From the human T2T-CHM13v2.0 reference genome, Homo sapiens: a stretch of DNA of 64,000 nucleotides. The notes below the pieces were generated by a model. It saw nothing but the letters and a program-made list of their open reading frames with translations. It was not told the DNA's origin and ran no database searches. Both the position numbers and the translations under genes were made by a program. Each line of letters opens with the position of its first letter. Positions within the stretch are counted from its first letter, which is position 1. The DNA lies in assembly GCF_009914755.1 (NCBI RefSeq), contig NC_060948.1; one strand, written 5' to 3'. Shown here piece after piece: positions 1 to 13,201 of this stretch.

Positions 1-823
1 GGTATACAATATATATTTTATGATATGTATTCTATATGTTTTATATTCTGTTATATATAACTATTTGAAATTATATATAACTGTATAATATTTTATGTAA
101 ATATGTAATATAATATATATAACTATATAATATATTATATATAACTATATATTATGTTATATATACTTTTATAACATAATTTACATAAAATATCATAATA
201 TAATATATATTATATTATTTCATATTACATAATATATATTACATATCACCCAATATAACTAACATACATAATATTATAATATAGATTATATTGTGTTATA
301 TTAAATATCATATATATCATGTATCATATATTCTATAATATATATTACACATTATATCATATGTATGTTGTCTATTATGTGATATATATAACTCTATATA
401 TAATTATATTTTTATACATATAACTAGATAAACATGTAATTCTACATATTTTCATTTATAATATGTAGAATTATATAATCATATATAATTATTTATATTC
501 TATAAAAAATTTTATCATTATATAAATTATAATATATAAAAATTATAATATGTACTACAAATATATATATTATATATCATATATGATATAGTACCTTTGT
601 TATATATCATAATACATATAAATGTGTATTATGTTATCTATAATTATATAATTTCATATATAAGATGTATAATATGTATCATATATTATATATGTTATGT
701 AATATATACAGTATATATAAGATGACACAGGATAAATATTATATACTATGACATATAAAATATATGAGGTTATATGTTACATATAAGGCATAGCACATAA
801 CATGTAATATATATCATATATAA
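1..823. repeat. AT-rich low-complexity subunit of DYZ2 (partial, window edge)
   Basis: Degenerate (TA)n/ATATATN sequence with very few G/C; same as 2421-3243 apart from a SNV. Confidence 0.9.
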
Positions 824-1115
824 TTTTTTTTTAGACAGAATCTTGTCCTGTTGTACAAGGTGGGGTACAATGGCGCCATCTTTGCTCACTGCAACTTCTG
901 CCTCACGGGTCCAAGCGATTGTCCTCCCTCAGCCTCCCAGGTAGCTGGGACTACACCACACTGGGACTACACCAGCTGCCACCATGCCTAGCTAATTTTT
1001 TGGATTTTTAGTAGTGACAGCGTTTCACTGTATTGGCCAGGATGGTCTTGATCTCTTCACCTTGTGATCCCCTTGCCTTGGCCTCCAAATTTGCTGGGAT
1101 TACAGGCCTGAGCCA
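824..1115 (-). mobile_element. Alu SINE copy 1 (old, AluSc/Sc8/early-Y-like, lacks ~12 nt of 5' end, short A tail)
   Basis: T9-AGACAG...GCTCACTGCAAC...CTCAGCCTCCC...GCTAATTTTTT...GCTGGGATTACAGGCCTGAGCCA is an antisense Alu dimer; most CpGs have decayed. Confidence 0.95.
945..974 (+). repeat. Internal tandem duplication in the Alu (CTGGGACTACACCA x2, 16-bp period), present in all 27 copies
   Basis: 945-958 and 961-974 are identical 14-mers; the Alu consensus has CTGGGACTACA only once here. Confidence 0.9.
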
Positions 1116-1690
1116 AGATCCATATTTTTTAAATGAAAAAAAATTTCAAAGGTACTCTGCTTGGTACAATAATCAAATGTATAAACTGAGGAATAAAACA
1201 TAACCATGAAACCTACTTATAACTGCATATGGAAAATACAGAGGATAATTTTTTAAATAACATATTTTGAAAGCCTTAACTAGTAATTTGAAGAGTTGGC
1301 ATTTGAAAGGCCAGTATGAATATACCTTCAAAGCAGCAACACAGGTTCCCCATGAGAAAAAGCAAACACAGGGGAAATAAAAACACAAAGGTTCAATCTC
1401 TTCTGACCTTTGAAAGACACAGCACAGACAGTGGTCCTTAGGACGAAGAGCAGGAGACCCCTAATTCCGTCACCATGGCGATAGGGCATAAACATTGCTG
1501 GGTGAGGGCACAATCCACATTGTGAGGTCCAACTGCTGCCAGGAAGACAGGAGTGCTTTTACATAGACCGAAAGGTCATTGAAGGCTCAGAGTTTTGTTT
1601 CAAGAACTGAATCCCAAGCCCACACGTTATTAGGCTGCGCTTCTTAAAACAAGTTATGAGATGGGAAAAAGGGCACCCACAAACATACGT
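1116..1690. repeat. HSATI subunit (representative copy; one follows each of the first 26 Alus, ~575 bp after each Alu end)
   Basis: Non-Alu, higher-complexity segment between the Alu 5' end and the return to AT-rich sequence at ~1690. Length and position fit the HSATI component of DYZ2. Boundaries are approximate. Confidence 0.8.
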
Positions 1691-3243
1691 ATACATTATG
1701 TATATAATAATATACAGTATCATATATATAATATATATAACCTATGTATAATATTGTTTTACATCCTGCATCTTATGTTATATATATTGTATAAAATATA
1801 ATAATTGATAATATATAAGTTTTATAATTATACAATATGACATATAGTATATATTATAATTTATGACATATATAATATATGTTATATATCATATATAGAA
1901 TATATTATACGGTTAATATACGTATTAAATATAAATTATACATTATATATATTATATATAATATATCTGTTATATATAATACCCATTATGCATAATATAT
2001 ATGTTATGTCTATGTTATATATAGTATAAAACAACATATAATAATATATAATTGTACATATAAAATGTGACATATAATATATATTATATTTTATAACATA
2101 TGTAATATATATTATATATTATATATAATACGTTGTATGTATAATACCTATATTAAATATATATTATATGACTATGTTATTAATTACATGTCACATGTGT
2201 TATATATTATATATTTTACATAGAATATACCGGTTACATACAATATATACTATGTTACCTATAATGTATAATTTATTACATGTAAAATAAAGAATGCAAT
2301 ATATTATGTATAATTTATAATATACAATATGTGGAATGTGATATATATAACATATAATATATGATATATGATATACAGTATATGATATATAACATACAAT
2401 ATATGATTCCTAATATATATGGTATACAATATATATTTTATGATATGTATTCTATATGTTTTATATTCTGTTATATATAACTATTTGAAATTATATATAA
2501 CTGTATAATATTTTATGTAAATATGTAATATAATATATATAACTATATAATATATTATATATAACTATATATTATGTTATATATACTTTTATAACATAAT
2601 TTACATAAAATATCATAATATAATATATATTATATTATTTCATATTACATAATATATATTACATATCACCCAATATAACTAACATACATAATATTATAAT
2701 ATAGATTATATTGTGTTATATTAAATATCATATATATCATGTATCATATATTCTATAATATATATTACACATTATATCATATGTATGTTGTCTATTATGT
2801 GATATATATAACTCTATATATAATTATATTTTTATACATATAACTAGATAAACATGTAATTCTACATATTTTCATTTATAATATGTAGAATTATATAATC
2901 ATATATAATTATTTATATTCTATAAAAAATTTTATCATTATATAAATTATAATATATAAAAATTATAATATGTACTACAAATATATATATTATATATCAT
3001 ATATGATATAGTACCTTTGTTATATATCATAATACATATAAATGTGTATTATGTTATATATAATTATATAATTTCATATATAAGATGTATAATATGTATC
3101 ATATATTATATATGTTATGTAATATATACAGTATATATAAGATGACACAGGATAAATATTATATACTATGACATATAAAATATATGAGGTTATATGTTAC
3201 ATATAAGGCATAGCACATAACATGTAATATATATCATATATAA
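1691..3243. repeat. AT-rich low-complexity subunit of DYZ2 (representative full copy, ~1.55 kb; present in every unit)
   Basis: Degenerate AT-alternating sequence with heptameric sub-repeats (2107-2127, 2343-2405) and a single ACCGGT at 2229-2234. Confidence 0.9.
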
Positions 3244-3535
3244 TTTTTTTTTAGACAGAATCTTGTCCTGTTGCACAAGGTGGGGTACAATGGGGCCATC
3301 TTTGCTCACTGCAACTTCTGCCTCACGGGTCCAAGCGATTGTCCTCCCTCAGCCTCCCAGGTAGCTGGGACTACACCACACTGGGACTACACCAGCTGCC
3401 ACCATGCCTAGCTAATTTTTTGGATTTTTAGTAGTGACAGCGTTTCACTGTATTGGCCAGGATGGTCTTGATCTCTTCACCTTGTGATCCCCTTGCCTTG
3501 GCCTCCAAATTTGCTGGGATTACAGGCCTGAGCCA
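3244..3535 (-). mobile_element. Alu copy 2 (DYZ2 subunit)
   Basis: Same as copy 1, +2420; GGGGCC variant at ~3294. Confidence 0.93.
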
Positions 3536-5663
3536 AGATCCATATTTTTTAAATGAAAAAAAATTTCCAAGGTACTCTGCTTGGTACAATAATCAAATGT
3601 ATAAACTGAGGAATAAAACATAACCATGAAACCTACTTATAACTGCATATGGAAAATACAGAGGATAATTTTTTAAATAACATATTTTGAAAGCCTTAAC
3701 TAGTAATTTGAAGAGTTGGCATTTGAAAGGCCAGTATGAATATACCTTCAAAGCAGCAACCCAGGTTCCCCATGAGAAAAAGCAAACACAGGGGAAATAA
3801 AAACACAAAGGTTCAATCTCTTCTGACCTTTGAAAGACACAGCACAGACAGTGGTCCTTAGGACGAAGAGCAGGAGACCCCTAATTCCGTCACCATGGCG
3901 ATAGGGCATAAACATTGCTGGGTGAGGGCACAATCCACATTGTGAGGTCCAACTGCTGCCAGGAAGACAGGAGTGCTTTTACATAGACCGAAAGGTCATT
4001 GAAGGCTCAGAGTTTTGTTTCAAGAACTGAATCCCAAGCCCACACGTTATTAGGCTGCGCTTCTTAAAACAAGTTATGAGATGGGAAAAAGGGCACCCAC
4101 AAACATACGTATACATTATGTATATAATAATATACAGTATCATATATATAATATATATAACCTATGTATAATATTGTTTTACATCCTGCATCTTATGTTA
4201 TATATATTGTATAAAATATAATAATTGATAATCTATAAGTTTTATAATTATACAATATGACATATAGTATATATTATAATTTATGACATATATAATATAT
4301 GTTATATATCATATATAGAATATATTATACGGTTAATATACGTATTAAATATAAATTATACATTATATATATTATATATAATATATCTGTTATATATAAT
4401 ACCCATTATGCATAATATATATATTATGTCTATGTTATATATAGTATAAAACAACATATAATAATATATAATTGTATATATAAAATGTGACATATAATAT
4501 ATATTATATTTTATAACATATGTAATATATATTATATATTATATATAATACGTTGTATGTATAATACCTATATTAAATATATATTATATGACTATGTTAT
4601 TAATTACATGTCACATGTGTTATATATTATATATTTTACATAGAATATACCGGTTACATACAATATATACTATGTTACCTATAATGTATAATTTATTACA
4701 TGTAAAATAAAGAATGCAATATATTATGTATAATTTATAATATACAATATGTGGAATGTGATATATATAACATATATTATATGATATATGATATACAGTA
4801 TATGATATATAACATACAATATATGATTCCTAATATATATGGTATACAATATATATTTTATGATATGTATTCTATATGTTTTATATTCTGTTATATATAA
4901 CTATTTGAAATTATATATAACTGTATAATATTTTATGTAAATATGTAATATAATATATATAACTATATAATATATTATATATAACTATATATTATGTTAT
5001 ATATACTTTTATAACATAATTTACATAAAATATCATAATATAATATATATTATATTATTTCATATTACATAATATATATTACATATCACCCAATATAACT
5101 AACATACATAATATTATAATATAGATTATATTGTGTTATATTAAATATCATATATATCATGTATCATATATTCTATAATATATATTACACATTATATCAT
5201 ATGTATGTTGTCTATTATGTGATATATATAACTCTATATATAATTATATTTTTATACATATAACTAGATAAACATGTAATTCTACATATTTTCATTTATA
5301 ATATGTAGAATTATATAATCATATATAATTATTTATATTCTATAAAAAATTTTATCATTATATAAATTATAATATATAAAAATTATAATATGTACTACAA
5401 ATATATATATTATATATCATATATGATATAGTACCTTTGTTATATATCATAATACATATAAATGTGTATTATGTTATATATAATTATATAATTTCATATA
5501 TAAGATGTATAATATGTATCATATATTATATATGTTATGTAATATATACAGTATATATAAGATGACACAGGATAAATATTATATACTATGACATATAAAA
5601 TATATGAGGTTATATGTTACATATAAGGCATAGCACATAACATGTAATATATATCATATATAA

Positions 5664-5955
5664 TTTTTTTTTAGACAGAATCTTGTCCTGTTGCACAAGG
5701 TGGGGTACAATGGCGCCATCTTTGCTCACTGCAACTTCTGCCTCACGGGTCCAAGCGATTGTCCTCCCTCAGCCTCCCAGGTAGCTGGGACTACACCACA
5801 CTGGGACTACACCAGCTGCCACCATGCCTAGCTAATTTTTTGGATTTTTAGTAGTGACAGCGTTTCACTGTATTGGCCAGGATGGTCTTGATCTCTTCAC
5901 CTTGTGATCCCCTTGCCTTGGCCTCCAAATTTGCTGGGATTACAGGCCTGAGCCA
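5664..5955 (-). mobile_element. Alu copy 3 (DYZ2 subunit)
   Basis: Same motifs, +4840. Confidence 0.93.
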
Positions 5956-8083
5956 AGATCCATATTTTTTAAATGAAAAAAAATTTCAAAGGTACTCTGC
6001 TTGGTACAATAATCAAATGTATAAACTGAGGAATAAAACATAACCATGAAACCTACTTATAACTGCATATGGAAAATACAGAGGATAATTTTTTAAATAA
6101 CATATTTTGAAAGCCTTAACTAGTAATTTGAAGAGTTGGCATTTGAAAGGCCAGTATGAATATACCTTCAAAGCAGCAACACAGGTTCCCCATGAGAAAA
6201 AGCAAACACAGGGGAAATAAAAACACAAAGGTTCAATCTCTTCTGACCTTTGAAAGACACAGCACAGACAGTGGTCCTTAGGACGAAGAGCAGGAGACCC
6301 CTAATTCCGTCACCATGGCGATAGGGCATAAACATTGCTGGGTGAGGGCACAATCCACATTGTGAGGTCCAACTGCTGCCAGGAAGACAGGAGTGCTTTT
6401 ACATAGACCGAAAGGTCATTGAAGGCTCAGAGTTTTGTTTCAAGAACTGAATCCCAAGCCCACACGTTATTAGGCTGCGCTTCTTAAAACAAGTTATGAG
6501 ATGGGAAAAAGGGCACCCACAAACATACGTATACATTATGTATATAATAATATACAGTATCATATATATAATATATATAACCTATGTATAATATTGTTTT
6601 ACATCCTGCATCTTATGTTATATATATTGTATAAAATATAATAATTGATAATATATAAGTTTTATAATTATACAATATGACATATAGTATATATTATAAT
6701 TTATGACATATATAATATATGTTATATATCATATATAGAATATATTATACGGTTAATATACGTATTAAATATAAATTATACATTATATATATTATATATA
6801 ATATATCTGTTATATATAATACCCATTATGCATAATATATATGTTATGTCTATGTTATATATAGTATAAAACAACATATAATAATATATAATTGTACATA
6901 TAAAATGTGACATATAATATATATTATATTTTATAACATATGTAATATATATTATATATTATATATAATACGTTGTATGTATAATACCTATATTAAATAT
7001 ATATTATATGACTATGTTATTAATTACATGTCACATGTGTTATATATTATATATTTTACATAGAATATACCGGTTACATACAATATATACTATGTTACCT
7101 ATAATGTATAATTTATTACATGTAAAATAAAGAATGCAATATATTATGTATAATTTATAATATACAATATGTGGAATGTGATATATATAACATATAATAT
7201 ATGATATATGATATACAGTATATGATATATAACATACAATATATGATTCCTAATATATATGGTATACAATATATATTTTATGATATGTATTCTATATGTT
7301 TTATATTCTGTTATATATAACTATTTGAAATTATATATAACTGTATAATATTTTATGTAAATATGTAATATAATATATATAACTATATAATATATTATAT
7401 ATAACTATATATTATGTTATATATACTTTTATAACATAATTTACATAAAATATCATAATATAATATATATTATATTATTTCATATTACATAATATATATT
7501 ACATATCACCCAATATAACTAACATACATAATATTATAATATAGATTATATTGTGTTATATTAAATATCATATATATCATGTATCATATATTCTATAATA
7601 TATATTACACATTATATCATATGTATGTTGTCTATTATGTGATATATATAACTCTATATATAATTATATTTTTATACATATAACTAGATAAACATGTAAT
7701 TCTACATATTTTCATTTATAATATGTAGAATTATATAATCATATATAATTATTTATATTCTATAAAAAATTTTATCATTATATAAATTATAATATATAAA
7801 AATTATAATATGTACTACAAATATATATATTATATATCATATATGATATAGTACCTTTGTTATATATCATAATACATATAAATGTGTATTATGTTATATA
7901 TAATTATATAATTTCATATATAAGATGTATAATATGTATCATATATTATATATGTTATGTAATATATACAGTATATATAAGATGACACAGGATAAATATT
8001 ATATACTATGACATATAAAATATATGAGGTTATATGTTACATATAATGCATAGCACATAACATGTAATATATATCATATATAA

Positions 8084-8375
8084 TTTTTTTTTAGACAGAA
8101 TCTTGTCCTGTTGCACAAGGTGGGGTACAATGGGGCCACCTTTGCTCACTGCAACTTCTGCCTCACGGGTCCAAGCGATTGTCCTCCCTCAGCCTCCCAG
8201 GTAGCTGGGACTACACCACACTGGGACTACACCAGCTGCCACCATGCCTAGCTAATTTTTTGGATTTTTAGTAGTGACAGCGTTTCACTGTATTGGCCAG
8301 GATGGTCTTGATCTCTTCACCTTGTGATCCCCTTGCCTTGGCCTCCAAATTTGCTGGGATTACAGGCCTGAGCCA
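8084..8375 (-). mobile_element. Alu copy 4 (DYZ2 subunit)
   Basis: Same motifs, +7260; GGGGCC variant. Confidence 0.93.
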
Positions 8376-10473
8376 AGATCCATATTTTTTAAATGAAAAA
8401 AAATTTCAAAGGTACTCTGCTTGGTACAATAATCAAATGTATAAACTGAGGAATAAAACATAACCATGAAACCTACTTATAACTGCATATGGAAAATACA
8501 GAGGATAATTTTTTAAATAACATATTTTGAAAGCCTTAACTAGTAATTTGAAGAGTTGGCATTTGAAAGGCCAGTATGAATATACCTTCAAAGCAGCAAC
8601 ACAGGTTCCCCATGAGAAAAAGCAAACACAGGGGAAATAAAAACACAAAGGTTCAATCTCTTCTGACCTTTGAAAGACACAGCACAGACAGTGGTCCTTA
8701 GGACGAAGAGCAGGAGACCCCTAATTCCGTCACCATGGCGATAGGGCATAAACATTGCTGGGTGAGGGCACAATCCACATTGTGAGGTCCAACTGCTGCC
8801 AGGAAGACAGGAGTGCTTTTACATAGACCGTAAGGTCATTGAAGGCTCAGAGTTTTGTTTCAAGAACTGAATCCCAAGCCCACACGTTATTAGGCTGCGC
8901 TTCTTAAAACAAGTTATGAGATGGGAAAAAGGGCACCCACAAACATAAGTATACATTACGTATATAATAATATACAGTATCATATATATAATATATATAA
9001 CCTATGTATAATATTGTTTTACATCCTGCATCTTATGTTATATATATTGTATAAAATATAATAATTGATAATATATAAGTTTTATAATTATACAATATGA
9101 CATATAGTATATATTATAATTTATGACATATATAATATATGTTATATATCATATATAGAATATATTATACGGTTAATATACGTATTAAATATAAATTATA
9201 CATTATATATATTATATATAATATATCTGTTATATATAATACCCATTATGCATAATATATATATTATGTCTATATTATATATAGTATAAAACAACATATA
9301 ATAATATATAATTGTATATATAAAATGCGACATATAATATATATTATATTTTATAACATATGTAATATATATTATATATAATACGTTGTATGTATAATAC
9401 CTATATTAAATATATATTATATGACTATGTTATTAATTACATGTCACATGTGTTATATATTATATATTTTACATAGAATATACCGGTTACATACAATATA
9501 TACTATGTTACCTATAATGTATAATTTATTACATGTAAAATAAAGAATGCAATATATTATGTAAAATTTATAACATACAATATGTGGAATGTGATATATA
9601 TAACATATAATATATGATATATGATATACAGTATATGATATATAATATACAATATATGATTCCTAATATATATGGTATACAATATATATTATATGATATG
9701 TATTCTATATGTTTTATATTCTGTTATATATAACTATTTGAAATTACATATAACTGTATAATATTTTATGTAAATATGTAATATAATATATATAACTATA
9801 TAATATATTATATATAACTATATATTATGTTATATATACTTTTATAACATAATTTACATAAAATATCATAATATAATATATATTATATTATTTCATATTA
9901 CATAATATATATTACATATCACCCAATATAACTAACATACATAATATTATAATATAGATTATATTATGTTATATTAAATATCATATGTATCATGTATCAT
10001 ATATTCTATAATATATATTACACATTATATAATATGTATGTTGTCTATTATGTGATATATATAACTATATATATAATTATATATTTATACATATAACTAG
10101 ATAAACATGTAATTCTACATATTTTCATTTATAATATGTAGAATTATATAATCATATATTATTATTTATATTCTATAAAAAATTTTATCATTTTATAAAT
10201 TATAATATATAAAAATTATAATATGTACTACAAATATATATATTATATATCATATATGATATAGTACCTTTGTTATATATCATAATACATATAAATGTGT
10301 ATTATGTTATCTATAATTATATAATTTCATATATAAGATGTATAATATGTATCATATATTATATATGTTATGTAATATATACAGTATATATAAGATGACA
10401 CAGGATAAATATTATATACTATGACATATAAAATATATGAGGTTATATGTTACATATAAGGCATAGCACATAA

Positions 10474-10788
<315 letters not shown>

Positions 10789-12909
10789 AGATCCATATTT
10801 TTTAAATGAAAAAAAATTTCAAAGGTACTCTGCTTGGTACAATAATCAAATGTATAAACTGAGGAATAAAACATAACCATGAAACCTACTTATAACTGCA
10901 TATGGAAAATACAGAGGATAATTTTTTAAATAACATATTTTGAAAGCCTTAACTAGTAATTTGAAGAGTTGGCATTTGAAAGGCCAGTATGAATATACCT
11001 TCAAAGCAGCAACACAGGTTCCCCATGAGAAAAAGCAAACACAGGGGAAATAAAAACACAAAGGTTCAATCTCTTCTGACCTTTGAAAGACACAGCACAG
11101 ACAGTGGTCCTTAGGACGAAGAGCAGGAGACCCCTAATTCCGTCACCATGGCGATAGGGCATAAACATTGCTGGGTGAGGGCAAAATCCACATTGTGAGG
11201 TCCAACTGCTGCCAGGAAGACAGGAGTGCTTTTACATAGACCGAAAGGTCATTGAAGGCTCAGAGTTTTGTTTCAAGAACTGAATCCCAAGCCCACACGT
11301 TATTAGGCTGCGCTTCTTAAAACAAGTTATGAGATGGGAAAAAGGGCACCCACAAACATACGTATACATTATGTATATAATAATATACAGTATCATATAT
11401 ATAATATATATAACCTATGTATAATATTGTTTTACATCCTGCATCTTATGTTATATATATTATATAAAATATAATAATTGATAATATATAAGTTTTATAA
11501 TTATACAATATGACATATAGTATATATTATAATTTATGACATATATAATATATGTTATATATCATATATAGAATATATTATACGGTTAATATACGTATTA
11601 AATATAAATTATACATTATATATATTATATGTAATATATCTGTTATATATAATACCCATTATGCATAATATATATATTATGTCTATGTTATATATAGTAT
11701 AAAACAACATATAATAATATATAATTGTATATATAAAATGAGACATATAATATATATTATATTTTATAACATATGTAATATATATTATATATAATACGTT
11801 GTATGTATAATACCTATATTAAATATATATTATATGACTATGTTATTAATTACATGTCACATGTGTTATATATTATATATTTTACATAGAATATACCGGT
11901 TACATACAATATATACTATGTTACCTATAATGTATAATTTATTACATGTAAAATAAAGAATGCAATATATTATGTAAAATTTATAACATACAATATGTGG
12001 AATGTGATATATATAACATATAATATATGATATATGATATACAGTATATGATATATAACATACAATATATGATTCCTAATATATATGGTATACAATATAT
12101 ATTTTATGATATGTATTCTATATGTTTTATATTCTGTTATATATAACTATTTGAAATTACATATAACTGTATAATATTTTATGTAAATATGTAATATAAT
12201 ATATATAACTATATAATATATTATATATAACTATATATTATGTTATATATACTTTTATAACATAATTTACATAAAATATCATAATATAATATATATTATA
12301 TTATTTCATATTACATAATATATATTACATATCACCCAATATAACTAACATACATAATATTATAATATAGATTATATTATGTTATATTAAATATCATATA
12401 TATCATGTATCATATATTCTATAATATATATTAGACATTATATAATATGTATGTTGTCTATTATGTGATATATATAACTATATATATAATTATATATTTA
12501 TACATATAACTAGATAAACATGTAATTCTACATATTTTCATTTATAATATGTAGAATTATATAATCATATATAATTATTTATATTCTATAAAAAATTTTA
12601 TCATTATATAAATTATAATATATAAAAATTATAATATGTACTACAAATATATATATTATATATCATATATGATATAGTACCTTTGTTATATATCATAATA
12701 CATATAAATGTGTATTATGTTATCTATAATTATATAATTTCATATATAAGATGTATAATATGTATCATATATTATATATGTTATGTAATATATACAGTAT
12801 ATATAAGATGACACAGGATAAATATTATATACTATGACATATAAAATATATGAGGTTATATGTTACATATAAGGCATAGCACATAACATGTAATATATAT
12901 CATATATAA

Positions 12910-13201
12910 TTTTTTTTTAGACAGAATCTTGTCCTGTTGCACAGGGTGGGGTACAATGGCGCCATCTTTGCTCACTGCAACTTCTGCCTCACGGGTCAAA
13001 GCGATTGTCCTCCCTCAGCCTCCCAGGTAGCTGGGACTACACCACACTGGGACTACACCAGCTGCCACCATGCCTAGCTAATTTTTTGGATTTTTAGTAG
13101 TGACAGCGTTTCACTGTATTGGCCAGGATGGTCTTGATCTCTTCACCTTGTGATCCCCTTGCCTTGGCCTCCAAATTTGCTGGGATTACAGGCCTGAGCC
13201 A
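12910..13201 (-). mobile_element. Alu copy 6 (DYZ2 subunit)
   Basis: Same motifs; GTCAAAGCG variant. Confidence 0.93.

Noticed and set aside
1191-1385. AATAAA poly(A) signals and numerous TATA-like boxes
   Set aside because: Expected by chance in such AT-rich DNA; no supporting gene structure.
1173-1513. Recurring 71-aa and 61-aa minus-strand ORFs (MCFYFP..., MCPHPA...) in every unit
   Set aside because: They start at non-ATG codons, lie within HSATI and resemble no protein I recognise. They recur only because the DNA repeats, and the 71-aa frame is lost from most later units.
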